Source: Raillietiella orientalis (lineage: Eukaryota). From it: a stretch of DNA of 64,000 nucleotides. Positions 1 to 11,269 of this stretch are shown in pieces. The stretch spans positions 1 to 64,000 of the forward strand of contig JAYWIR010000063.1 in NCBI GenBank assembly GCA_036172245.1, written 5' to 3'. Numbering within the stretch: position 1 is the stretch's first letter; every line of letters begins with the position of its first letter. Below the pieces are notes generated by a model, which was given only the letters and a program-made list of their open reading frames with translations, ran no database searches and was not told the origin of the DNA. The translations under genes were made by a program, and so were the position numbers.

Positions 1-726
1 GCCGCGGAGGCTGCGCCTTCCCCGTCTTTTAAGTGTGCTGCAAAAGCTGCGCCCAGGCGGTTGGGGAGGAAAGCCCGAAAGCGTCCGTCACGAAAGTCAA
101 GGAGCGCTCCGAGGGAACGGACATGGGTGGAAAATTGTGGAGGAAGGGAGAAAAACAAAATCTCTCAAAAATTCTCCGCAACCTACCTGCAAGAGCCTTT
201 CCAAGGTAAGAAACAGTAGCGCGATGAAGAAGACTCGCGCAAAGGTTCCCTATGCCGATACGAAGGTTACCGCCGCGGTCGCGCATAGCTCGAAAGCTGC
301 GATCGCCAGGAACGATGTTCCGGTGATCTCGAAAAAAATAGTGTCCGCGATCCCATCCGCCAACACCTCCGAATCGACAGGACAGGTGAGTCGCGAAGCG
401 ACCGCGCTTCAATCAGACTCCGAAACGGAGTCTGATATCACCGCCGCACGTCGGATCACCCTCGCGGATGCCGTAGCGCGCCGGTCTATGGTCCTGAGGT
501 GCGCAGCGCAGGCCGAGGAGCGAGAGCTCACCCCGGACCGTGAAACGACGCTACCCGGAGACGAGCACTCGAATTCGTGCAGCATCAGGGAGGAAGGTGG
601 CAACCGTGATCTCCAGCCAGCAGTGCTGCTTACCGTCTGCTCGCCGGTAAAAGCGGACAAAAAGCCGCCAACTTCCCAGGATTAGTGCGGGGCATGGCTT
701 GTTGTCGTCGCCTGTCCGTCTCTCCG
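1..726 (+). mobile_element. LINE fragment: ORF1 C-terminal tail (N-like lineage) and first codons of ORF2
   Basis: ORF 35-685 ends EEGGNRDLQPAVLLTVCSPVKADKKPPTSQD*, matching the N-copy ORF1 end (EDGGDRPLQPVVLLAVCSPDKASKKPPPSQQ*). It is followed by TAGTG and VRGMACCRRLSV, homologous to the ORF2 start MRGIASSRRLSV. Confidence 0.85.
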
Positions 727-2369
727 AAAGCACACCAAGGTACTTCAAGTAACTTGGTGTGCCTTTGGAGCACTAGTCCCTTGCGAAAGTGTCGTAAGGC
801 TGCCTCCAAAAAGTAGAGACGGCGATCGTCCCGTTCCGAGGAGGCAGGTTTTTCCTGCCTGAACGGAACGTGGTTGGGAATACGTTCTCGGCTCCTCTTC
901 TCCGCCCTCTGCTGTTTGTTTGCTTTTCTGCAAAGAGGATGAAAAAGCGGACGAAGCACATTCTCTGTATCGTCCTTTGGGGCAACGGGAGGTCCCGAGT
1001 ACGCTTAAAGGACTTGTGCGTTCCGCGTAGGGACGGTGGTCTCAGCCTCCTGACAATGGAGCGGCTGGAGCTTCAGTTCCAGTTCTGGGTAATAGCCATT
1101 CTACTGGAGTTGTGGTGCACCTGCTGGTGCGTCCCTGCACGTCTCCTTCTCCAGCAAGCCACCGGGAAGACGGGACTCACGTTTTTTCTTGCACTCCGCC
1201 GCTACGTAAACCGATGCGGACTTCAGTTACGGAGGGTGGCTGCGCTGACATGGAGAACAAATGGATTATTCACCTGTCGCCCTGCGAACGGTAGTGATTA
1301 GTTGCAGGAAGACGTTTCCACGTGGAAACAGTGCGGCATGCAATGCCGGCAGAAGGTGCGACGGTTCATGTTTGGGGGATACAGCAGCTGCCCGTTCCTT
1401 GAGATCCTGGAGGATCCGAAGAAGCGAGCGTGGCCAGGAAGAACCCCCCGCGCTGCTGCGCTGGACACTCTAATGGAAGATCAGGACAGCGATGTTGCGG
1501 CGAAGTAGGAGGTTACAATAAAAATTTGCGGAAAGGAGAAGAAGATAGAAGAGTGAAAGACGGGTCAGCTGACTAATGCTGCTTCTCCGAGTACGCCTCT
1601 CCATGGACTCCTGCGTTGGGGCGCGCTGCTTGACGTACCCATGGAACGTCTGAATTAGCCCCTGGTATCCATTAAAACCTCCATTCTTCCGTTAAAATGG
1701 CAGGAGTCGTCTCTCCTGTTGCAGCACTTGGGACTGCCCTTCAACGCCCGCCGACACCACTGGACCTGGGAAGCGGTAGACCCCAATCGCGTCAGATGTT
1801 AAGAACGGGAGTCCCTCCCCCACCTGCTTGTGGATTGTGTTGCCCTTCGGCCTCTTTGGTTCCGCTTTGCCGCGGCCATCCGAATCCCCTGAGGCAACCC
1901 CAGGGAAGCTTCAAAAGCCCTCTTCGTCGCCGACGCCCTCCGGCCAGCGGCCTCGATAGCGGCCTTGTGCTGCCTTCGCGGGATCGTCGCTGCATGTAGC
2001 ACGGCTACGGGAGAACAACGCGACCAGGGTTGCATCCATCCAGCCTCACAATTCTTGAGGAGGGCGTAAAAATGGTCCCACCTGGATCCGGGAATGCATA
2101 AGGAGCTCTTTGGCATCCTGGAAAGGATGCCACGGCCCTACCAGCAACTGTGATGCCGTCCCGTACTTTCCTACTTTACTTTTCTTTTTGTTTGTTTTTT
2201 GTTTTGTCCCCCTTCAGCCGGCTGCCGTTGTGGACCGTACCGGTCTGCGAACCGGTGACCCGGCAAGCTCGGTGTTTCTTAATGCGGGGCTGGAGCATTT
2301 GTCTAGCCACTGCACGTCTTTGTAAAAGTTTATTAAACAATAAACGCCATGGCGAAATCCGGGTGAAAA
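727..2369 (+). mobile_element. 5'-truncated, decayed K-lineage LINE (copy K0): late RT, CCHC region, 3' UTR
   Basis: YFK*LGV, RRDGGL and WQESSLLLQH motifs; stop at 2151-2153; 3' UTR homologous to K1; AATAAA at 2339-2344 followed by the terminal hairpin. Confidence 0.9.
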
Positions 2370-2640
2370 TCGAATGCCCTGTGGAGTTCGACCGCGATTG
2401 CCAGGACCCCCTTCCCCGCCCGGGTTCCATTCCTAGCCCAGCTGACGGCCTCAAAGTGGGGTTGTTAATCGTTGTCTTCATTTTTAGCATAGTATTGTTG
2501 CACATGAAATCATGTGAGCGCGAAGAACAGGTTGGCATATAGACTTTGCCCAGGAACAGTGTATGTCTCCTCGGGGCTAATTATGGAATTGGTCACCTGC
2601 CCCAGACGCAAAGACCACAGTCCGGCGATCAGCTTGGCGT
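2370..2640 (-). pseudogene. RT fragment (DAK to HRAFD) of a host LINE, cut on both sides by insertions
   Basis: Minus strand reads AKLIAGLWSLRLGQVTNSIISPEETYTVPGQSLYANLFFA ... VLAIAVELHRAFD. Confidence 0.9.
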
Positions 2641-4439
2641 GCGGACGTGTTTTTTCCGCGCTCCTCCTAGCCTGTTGTGAAGCCTTGTTTTTTGTAAGTG
2701 ATTGTGTGTGGTGCGTCTGCGGTGTCCAATGGCAGGAATGCCTGAGGACACCGCTATGGAGATAGGAGGGGGAGAGGCTTGCTCCTCTCCCCAACCTATA
2801 GAGGTGGGTGCAACCACCCCCACGGAGACGCGGGCAACCGCCCCATTGAAAAAGGGGCCAACCTCCCCGTTGGAAACGAGGGCTACCGTTCCCTTGGAAA
2901 AAGGGGGGACAGCCACCCTGGAAACAGTCGCAAGCGCTTCCTTGAAAAAGGGGGAAACCGCGTCAGCGGACTCATCGTCGCCGAAGACGAAGTCATACAG
3001 TGCCGTGGCTGCTGCACCATCCCCTGAAGCTATGGCGGAGCAAAATGTCCACCGGGACCAAGGATATAAGCCGTCCTTGTTCTATAAGGTAGGCAATTTA
3101 TTTGTAGGAAATACCGCTAGCAACTTTGAGCGAGAGTTGCAGCGGTTAAACGTAAAGGAGGAGGACCTGGAAGGACTTTCCGTTACGAGCGGGGGTCAGC
3201 GGGTGGAGCTGAATTGCAAAGATGCAAGCCTGGCTCAGAGCCTGCTTAATACCACCATCACGCTGGAAGGCCGAAAGGTTTTCAAGGTAACAAAGAATCG
3301 ATCCATTATGGAGCACCTCACCGGTACTTCTCTCCGCATGTCCAAAACTGGCGTGCAGGAAGAGCTGGCAAAATACGGTACGGTGCACGCCCTCTGGACC
3401 AAGCCGAACGTCTTCCGAACTCATGTAAGACTGTTCAGCGGTATGGCCGCAGCACGAGTGACCGTCCACGAAAACGGTGGGCTACCCCACAAGCTGGACG
3501 TCGGCAACCAGACGGTCGACGTCTGGTACGTGGGCAAGCCAAAGAACTGTGGGAACTGTAATGCGACAGGGCACCTGAAAAAACGTTCCCCTCACATCCA
3601 GTGCCTCCACTACGGAGAGAAGGGCCACCTCAGGAAAGTGTACCCAAAGCGGGAACCTCTTGCACCCTCTGCCTGGAAAAAAGGTAAGGAGAAGCGCTTA
3701 TAGAAAGCGCGTAAGGACAATGAGGCAACAGAACGGCAAAGCCAAAAGCTTGTGCTCGAACCCTCGTAGCAAACCCCGCTCCACAAAACTCCCGACGACG
3801 CTGGTGAGAACGAGGGCTGGCGGACGGCGGAGCCCCCCCAAAAACAAAAGAGAACCGAAGGTTCGACAGCGGAACCCGCGACAACTCCTGTAAATAGGAG
3901 GCAAAGCGGCGCTTTGCTCCGCGAATGTTCGGTTGCCTTGCAGCGAGTGGGGATCTCGGAAACCTCCACCGGGAGAGACATCCTCCGCCTCGTTGACCCC
4001 GAAGCCGCGATCATGGAAGGCAAACCCTCTGTGCAAACAGAGGGGGAGCCGAACGACGCGGTGGCCGCGATCGAGGACGTCGCCTTCCAGCAGGCGGCGG
4101 AAGAGCTCGCAGAAAAACTAGCGGAACGCGAGAACGGCGCGCGAAAGGCCTTGCAAAGGCCGGCCGCGAGCAAGGCACCTCCGACAGGTGACCGCGATCC
4201 GAATGGCCGGAGTGCGTCCTCCTCCGCGGAGGCGTCTCCGAAAAAGACTGGACGGAAGTCCAAAAATCCGGAAAAGCGCATACCGACGAAGAAGGAGGGG
4301 GACGCACCGGCAGCCGAGGGGGAAACCGGCAGCGTGGGAATAGAGGGAGCGATTTTCCTACCCTGCGCTGCCGAGCAGCTGGCCACCCTCATAAAGGTGA
4401 GGGATCAGGTAGGACATTGCCACCCCCTGCCACCGCCGG
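2641..4439 (+). mobile_element. D-lineage LINE 5' part (copy D1); ORF1 pseudogene from ATG 2729
   Basis: 5' motif GCGGACGTGTTTTTT; ORF1 MAGMPEDTAMEIGGGE; degenerate knuckles CGNCNATGHLKKRS; in-frame stops at 3701 and ~3767. Confidence 0.9.
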
Positions 4440-4784
4440 GCGGACGTGTTTTTCCCTCGCTCCCGAGTGAGTCGTAGGAAGCGGGTTTCTATTGTGTGTG
4501 CTGTATAGTGCACATCGTTGGTGTCCGATAGCAGCCTTGCCTGAGGACACCACGAAGGCGAGGAGCTATAGCGCCATGATTGCCGCGCCTGGCGCGGCAA
4601 CTCTGGCTGAACAAGCCGCTTACAGGGCCGCCGGATACAAGCCATCGCTTGTCTATCAGGTAGGGAATCTGTTCGATGGCAAGACTGCACGTGCCTTCAC
4701 GAAGGCACTGCAGTCTGCAAACATATTGGAGCAAGATCTTGACGGCCTCTCCGTCCTCAGCGGCGGTCAGCGGGTCGAGGTGGT
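4440..4784 (+). mobile_element. G-lineage LINE 5' fragment (internally deleted ORF1 start)
   Basis: GCGGACGTGTTTTT at 4440; AALPEDT...YKPSLVYQVGNLFDGKTARAF matches G1-G3. Confidence 0.85.
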
Positions 4785-5526
4785 ACCTTTCCGAATTTAC
4801 TCAATTCCTCATTTACACCGGTTTTCGACATTCGGAGGGTTACTCCCGTAAGATGCGCTACCACAGAGCGATCCTCGGTTATCGGGAAGAACCTTCTGCC
4901 TTCCAGCATAAGAAGGGTATTCAGAAGGCGCTGAGCCAAGCTTGCATCTTTGCAAGTTAGCTCCACCTGCTGACCTCCACTGAGCACTGAAAGACCTTCC
5001 AAGTCCTCCTCTCTTGCATCTAACCGCTAAAACTCCCTCTAAAAGTTGCGGGCGGTATTGACCACAAACAGATTTCCTACCTTGTAAATCAAGGACGGCT
5101 TGTATCCTTGTTCAAGGAAGCCGCGTTGTTCTGCTAAGGCTGCAGGAGATGGCGCTGCAGCCACGGAGCTCCAGGTCTTCGTGAATGGCGCAGACGGATC
5201 CAAAGACGCGGTTGCCCCCTTTTTCAAGGGGGCGGTAGCGCCCTTTTCCAAGGCGGCGGTTGTCCCCTTTTTCAAGAGGGCGGTTGCAACGTTTTGCACG
5301 AGGGGGGTTGCCCCCTTTTACAAGGATGTCGTTGCCCTCTCCTTCGTGGGGCAGTTGCCCTCACCTCAATGGGTTGGGGAGAGGAACAATCCTCTCCCCC
5401 GCCGACTTCCATTGCGATGTCCTCAGGCATTTCTGCCATTAACAACGCAGATGCACCACACACAAACACTAAAGAAAAGGAACCCTTCACAACAGGCGCA
5501 GAGGAGCCCGCAAAAAACACGTCTGC
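4784..5526 (-). mobile_element. D-lineage LINE 5' fragment (copy D2), ORF1 from ATG 5439
   Basis: GCAGACGTGTTTTTT 5' motif; MAEMPEDIAMEVGGGED; ATAPLKKG repeats. Confidence 0.9.
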
Positions 5527-6015
5527 ACGCCAAGCTGCTTGCCGGGCTATGGGCTTTGCGTCTGGGGCAGGTGGCAGAATCCATAATTAGCCCGGAGCAC
5601 ACATATGCTGTTCCCGGGCGAAGTATGGATGCCAACCTCTTCTTCACGAGCACATGGATGCACGCGCAGAGGTGTAAGAAGAAAGTGAAATGAAGAATCG
5701 GCAATTCCACTTTGAAGCCGCCAGCAAGTCAGAAAAGGGACTCCAGGGCGGGGAAGAAGGCCGCAGCGCTCGCAGTCGATCTCCATAAGGCGTTCGATTT
5801 TCACCCGGATTTTGCCGGGGCGTTTATTGTAAAATAAACATTTACAAAGACGTGCGGTGGCTGGACCATTGCTCCAGCCACGCACGAAGAAACACAGAGC
5901 CTGCCGGGTCACCGGTTCGCGGACCGGTACGGTCCACCACGGCAGCAGGGGGGAGGGGGAAAAACAAAAAACAAAACAAAAAAGAAAAGAAAAGTTGGGA
6001 GGGTAAGGGAAGGGA

Positions 6016-9000
6016 TCACAGTTGCTGGTGGGGCCGTTGCATCCTTTGCAGGATGCCGGCAAGCTCCTTCTGTATTCCTGGATCCAGGTGAGGCCATCGG
6101 GACGCCCTCCTCAGGTACTGGGAGGCTGGCTGGATGGCACCCTGGTCGCGTTGCCCTCCCTAGGCCTTGCCCCAAGCGGTGACGATCCCGCGTAGGCAGC
6201 ACAAAGCTGCTAACGAGGCCGCTGGCCGAAGGGCGTCGGCAACGAAGAGGGCTTTCAGTGCGTCCCTGGGATTGCCGCAGGGGATTCCGATGGCCGCGTC
6301 AAAGCGAAACCAAAGGGGACGAAGGGCAACACAATCCACTAGCAGGTGGGGGAGCGACTCCCGTTCCCCACACCTGACGCAATTGGGGTCCACCGCTCCC
6401 CAGGTCCAGTGGTGTCGGCGGGCGTTGCAGGGGAGTCCCCAGTGCTGCAACAGGAGAGCCGACTCCTGCCATTTTAAGGGGAGGGCGGAAGTGTTCATGA
6501 GCACCGCGGGCCACTTCAGATGTTCAATGGGAACATCGAGCAGCGCGCCCCAGCGCAGAAGTCCATTGGGAGGCGTACTCGGGGTCGCAGCGTCTGTTAA
6601 CTGGCTTGTCTTCCACTCTCCTATCTTCTTCTCCTTTCCGGAGATTGTTACTGTAACCACCCACTTCGCCGCAACATCGCTGTCCAGATCTTCCATCAGG
6701 GAGGGCAGCGCAGCAGCGAGGGGGGTTCTTCCTGCCCACGCTCTCTTCTTTGGATCCTCCAGAATCTCGCGGAGCGTGCAACTTCTGTAACCCCCAAACA
6801 GGAACCTTCGTTCCTGTTGGGAGCGTTGCATGCCGAACTGTCACCACGTTCGAACGGTTTCCTGCAACCAGGCATTACCGATAAACGGGCGACAGGTGAG
6901 CAATCCTGGGTTTTTCCGATACACCGCAGCCACCCTCCGTAGCTGGAGTCCGCATCGGTTGACGCGGCGACGGAGTGCAAGAAACGACGTCAGTCCCGTC
7001 TTGCCGGTGGCTTCCTGGAGGAGACGTGCAGGGACGCAACAACAGGTGCACCACAACTCTGGAACGAGTGCCGACAAGCGGAACTGGAGCTGAAGCTTCA
7101 GCCGCTCCAGCGTCAGGAGGCCCAAACCACCATCCCGACGAGGAGCGCACAAGTCCTTTAATTACACTCGGGCCCTCCCGTTGCCCCAAAGGGCGATACG
7201 GAGGAGGTCCTTTGTCCGCTTTTTAATTCTCTCTGTGGGGGGGCAAACAAATATCAGGGGGCGGAGGAGAGGAGCCGCGAACGTGTTCCAAACCGCGGCC
7301 CGTTCAGGCAGAAAAAACCTCCCGCCTCCGAACGGGCCGATCGCCGTCTCTACTTTTTGGAGGCAGCCGGACCACGCTTCCGCAGGGGAGTAGTCCCCCA
7401 ACGGAACACCAAGGTACTTGAAGTACCTCACCGTGGGGATCCCCAAACGGACCCAGTCCTGCTGCCCTGCCCACGCCGCACCAACTGGCATCACGGACGA
7501 CTTCGCCCTGTTCACCGTAAGTCCGGTTCCCCGATGCAGCAGGTCGAAGAACTCCTCGACCGCCGCAGCCGGAGTGGACATAGGGAGCAGCAGCAGAAGG
7601 TCGTCCGCTTATGATGAAACGGCCGGCGTACCGGCACAGTCGTGCGGCAGGTGCGCCAGAGTTCCCCTGTACGCTCTCAGTACCAACTCAAAGTAGGTAC
7701 TGAAGAGCAAGGGGCTCAGGCTGTCTCCCTGCCGGATCCCACGCCGCACCGGCACGCCGTGCACGGTCTGCCCGCTGAAAGTAACATTGATGAGCGCGTC
7801 GCGCCAGCAGGAGCGCAGATAGGCCACTAATGAGGCCGGGAAGCCCAAGCGTTCAGAAGCTCCAGAAGGAGATTCTGGTCGACGCAATCGAATGCTTTTC
7901 GCAAGTCGATTGCGACCGCAAGGGCTCCCTCCCCCACCCGACCATCCAACCCCTTGCCGGCGCACGCACCGGAATTCCGGCTGCGCACCAAGCTCCTTTC
8001 ATGTTGGAGCTCTAGCCAGGTGGAAGCGTGGAACAGGTTCGCCTCCATGCTTCGCCCGGGAACAGCATATGTTTGTTCCGGGCTGATGAAGATGTTGGCA
8101 GCCCGTCCCAACGTCCCTGCCCAAACTTTAGCCAGCAACTTGGCGTCCGCATTCACTATTGTGATGGTACACCAGTTGTTCATGCTCCTCGGCTATCCTC
8201 CATTAGGGAGGAGCCGCACCTTTGCCGAACGAAACGAGGCGGGAACGTCACCTGTTTCGCGTATCAGCAAGGTGAGTTGCTGTACCAGGGGAGTAAGCTC
8301 AGCCGCGAAAGTTTGATAAAACTCCGCGGGCAGGCTGTCCTCCCCTGGAGCCTTGCGCCTCTTGAGCTTTCCGATGGCCGAGAGGATCTCGTCCATCGTG
8401 AAAGGCTCGTCGAGGGTCTTTCTCTGCTCCTCCCCGATCGCTGGAGCGCCTTCCAGAAGCAGGAGTCGTGAGACGTTCCTCTCCGGAGGTGCCCTGGCAT
8501 ACAGGGAGGAGTAGTAACTCCGCAGCAGGCCGCGGATTTGGGCAGGTGCCGAGTGCTCCTGGCCCTGATCGTCCAGTAAGCTGGCCGATCCGGACTGCCA
8601 GGCTTGCCTCTCGGCTCCCGCTTTGTATTCCGCCAGCCTGCGGATGTCGGGGGTCCTGGCGTAACGACGGGCCTGCAGGTGGGCTCGTTCGTTACGGTCC
8701 CCGGTCCCAAAACCCGTGGGTAGGCGGTGCAGAGGGAACTGGTCGCAGAACTCCTGGACCGACCGCTTGAAGCGGTCCCAATCCTGGAGTGTCCGCAGCC
8801 TGAAGCTCCGTATGAACGTGCGGAGATGTTCCGCCGCGTCTGGGAGCTTCAGCCAGTCCCCTGGGAGACGCCACGCTGACGAGGGGGGGCCCCTGTCGCG
8901 CGGATGGATCTCGAGGACTAGCGGGCGATGGTCGGACAGCTCGCACGGTAACTTGCCGCGCCTGCCCACGCGAGGGCACAGGTGCTCGTCAAGAAACACG

Positions 9001-9593
9001 TGGTCAATGCTGTCTTCCATCCCCGGTGCACTGGCCAACAGATTACAGGTGTGCACCGCTATGCACACCTCGTTGACCAGGTCACGCTCGGGATTCTGCT
9101 CATCTGGTTTCAGGCGAACGTTGAAATCGCCTGCAACCAGATGGGCATTCCGCACGCCTGCTTCGGTCAGCCAGTCTCGCCGGAGGGCAAGGAAAAACTC
9201 TTTCCTCGCCCTCCTGTTCATCAGGTCCTTGCCGCTCGGTGCGTACACGTTCGTGACGATCAGATCGATCGATTCGGACCACCTGAGAGTCAGCTGGCCG
9301 ACACGACCGTGATCGTCGAACCGCACGCCCCGAGCCGCGGCCTCGACGGCTGGCCGAAGCAGGTAGGCGACACCGCAACTTTTCTCTCTCCCACACCTGT
9401 ACCATAGCCGCCCTCCGGAGATCCGTTCGATCTCTTGCGCTTGTTCTGCAGAGATCACGTGGATCTCCTGCAGCAGCGCAAGGTCGTAGGACTCCAGAAG
9501 GGCGGCCATGTCTCGACTCCTGCCGGCGTCTGTCATGCCGTTCACGTTCCAAACGGCGATGCGCAGACGACGGCGGGAGGAGATTCCCGGCAT
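6016..9593 (-). pseudogene. K1 ORF2: AP endonuclease + RT + CCHC, disrupted
   Basis: WNVNG, QEIH, NVYAP, AGDFN, IDHV, SDH; KAPGED; PEQTYAVPGRS; DLRKAFD; GIRQGDSLSP; (Y>*)ADD; YLGV; CVRCGE..PHLLVDC. Stops at 8193, 7609, 7162, 6841, 6160 and a frameshift near 7853. Confidence 0.95.
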
Positions 9594-9607
9594 TACTGCT
9601 GGGAAGA

Positions 9608-11269
9608 TTAAGGTGTGGGGGAGCCCTCCTCTTTCGAGGCGGGCGGGATGTCCATGGGGGTTTCGGCCTTCTCAGGCACCTGAGGCACCTGTTCGGCCTC
9701 CACCCCCTCCATCCCCTCCGTGTCCGTGCGTGGGAGTCTCTCGGGCGACGGGTCCCGAGAGTTTCCCACGCTCATGGCACCCTCGCTTGCGGAAGCCATC
9801 TCTTCCCCTTCGACGGGGGAGACGAGCTTCCTTGGCTTTGTGGACTTACGTCCAGCCTTCTTGCGCGGTGCCGTGAAAACGGAGGCTGCGCTTCCGGACT
9901 CCACCTCGGGGTCGGAAGTGGGGGACTCCTGAGGGGAGGCCGGAGGCCTTACGGCCTTCTTGCCAGCCTTGGAGGGTTCTGGCTGCAACGAGGCTGCCAG
10001 CTCCTCCGCGGCTCGCGCGAAGGCTACGTCATCGATGGTGGTGTCGATGACGGACGCCGCCGCCGGCTCGCTCCCCTCGCTGTTGACTGTGTCAACAGAG
10101 GGGAGGTCGTCGGTAGCGGCGAGTTCTTTCCGGCAGCGTTCCGCAACATCGAGAACGCGTTCGACAACGACGCTGCACTCTTTAATTATCGCGCTACCCT
10201 GCTCTTTCTTCTTCTGTTGGTAGGCGATTTTCTTTTCCATCCTCCTCTCCTTCTTTGATTTTTTGGCCGTTGCCACTTCCCACCCAGTCTCCTGGCCGGC
10301 TCCCTTAACTTTTTCGGGGTTGGACGCCGAAGTCTCGGGTGCGGCCTGGGTCTTGGGCGCGGGTGGCACAGCCTTCGCGGCAGCTTTCGCCGCCAGTCTT
10401 TTCTGCAGAAGCCGGGCGCGTTTTTTAAGGTTTCTCTTAGAAACCACCCGCACTGCTGCTTTTGGGCACACCTCCCTCGTGTGGTCCATTGTGCCGCATA
10501 CTTGGCACTGCACATTGGGACACCTCTTTTTGAGGTGGTCCGACGTATTGCAGAAGCCACAGTATTTCGGCTTCCCCACATACCAGAGGTCGACGATTTC
10601 GCCTTCGACCACCAGTTTGTGGGGAAGAGTGCAGCCCTCCCGAACGGTCACGCGCGCAGCAGTGAGGCCGTGTTGCAGCCCCGTGTAGTCCTCGAAAGGA
10701 CTAACTTTCGTCCACTGCGCGTGGACCGTTCCGTATTCCTCCAGCGCGGCGCAAACCTGTGCCTTGCGCATCCGCGCGTTAACACCTAACAGGTGGACCA
10801 CCATGCTGCGGTCCGCCGTAATAGGGAGGAGCCTGCGCGTCTTCATCACCACGGGGGTTTTAAGGAGTCGTTGGGCCATCTCTGCTTGTTTGCAGATGAC
10901 CTCAACGTACTGACCCCCGCTGCGGATGGTCATAGCGCTGAGCTCCTCCTCTTTCACATCGAGAGCGCGCATGCCCTTCGAGAAGGCGCGCGCGCTCTCT
11001 AAAGAATATAAATTGCCTACCTTGTAGAACAATGAGGGGTTGTACCCCTCCTCCACATAGGCCGACAATTCCGCCGCGGCTGCAGGCGATGGCGCCGACA
11101 CAACGGCGCTCCACGCCCGCTCTGCAGCGGGGACCGATTCTGTGGGGGCGGATGCCCCCACCTCCATCGCCTCTGGGGGCGACGTTGCCGCCGCCCCCTG
11201 GCTCTCCATCGCCTCTGGGGGCGGCGTTGCCGCTGCCCCCTGGCCATTCCTGGTGATCGCGTCAGGCAT
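9608..11269 (-). CDS. K1 ORF1: gag-like nucleic-acid-binding protein with two CCHC zinc knuckles
   Basis: Open frame MPDAITRNGQ...; CGFCNTSDHLKKRC and CQVCGTMDHTREVC. The stop lies 5 codons before the conserved SQQ* end. Confidence 0.85.
   Translation of the reverse strand: MPDAITRNGQGAAATPPPEAMESQGAAATSPPEAMEVGASAPTESVPAAERAWSAVVSAPSPAAAAELSAYVEEGYNPSLFYKVGNLYSLESARAFSKGMRALDVKEEELSAMTIRSGGQYVEVICKQAEMAQRLLKTPVVMKTRRLLPITADRSMVVHLLGVNARMRKAQVCAALEEYGTVHAQWTKVSPFEDYTGLQHGLTAARVTVREGCTLPHKLVVEGEIVDLWYVGKPKYCGFCNTSDHLKKRCPNVQCQVCGTMDHTREVCPKAAVRVVSKRNLKKRARLLQKRLAAKAAAKAVPPAPKTQAAPETSASNPEKVKGAGQETGWEVATAKKSKKERRMEKKIAYQQKKKEQGSAIIKECSVVVERVLDVAERCRKELAATDDLPSVDTVNSEGSEPAAASVIDTTIDDVAFARAAEELAASLQPEPSKAGKKAVRPPASPQESPTSDPEVESGSAASVFTAPRKKAGRKSTKPRKLVSPVEGEEMASASEGAMSVGNSRDPSPERLPRTDTEGMEGVEAEQVPQVPEKAETPMDIPPASKEEGSPTP

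Noticed and set aside
2370..2640. RT fragment between two same-direction elements read as a ~270-bp TSD
   Set aside because: The flanking elements are different lineages, and K1 shows the real TSD is 14 bp. The fragment is the host segment between two separate target sites.
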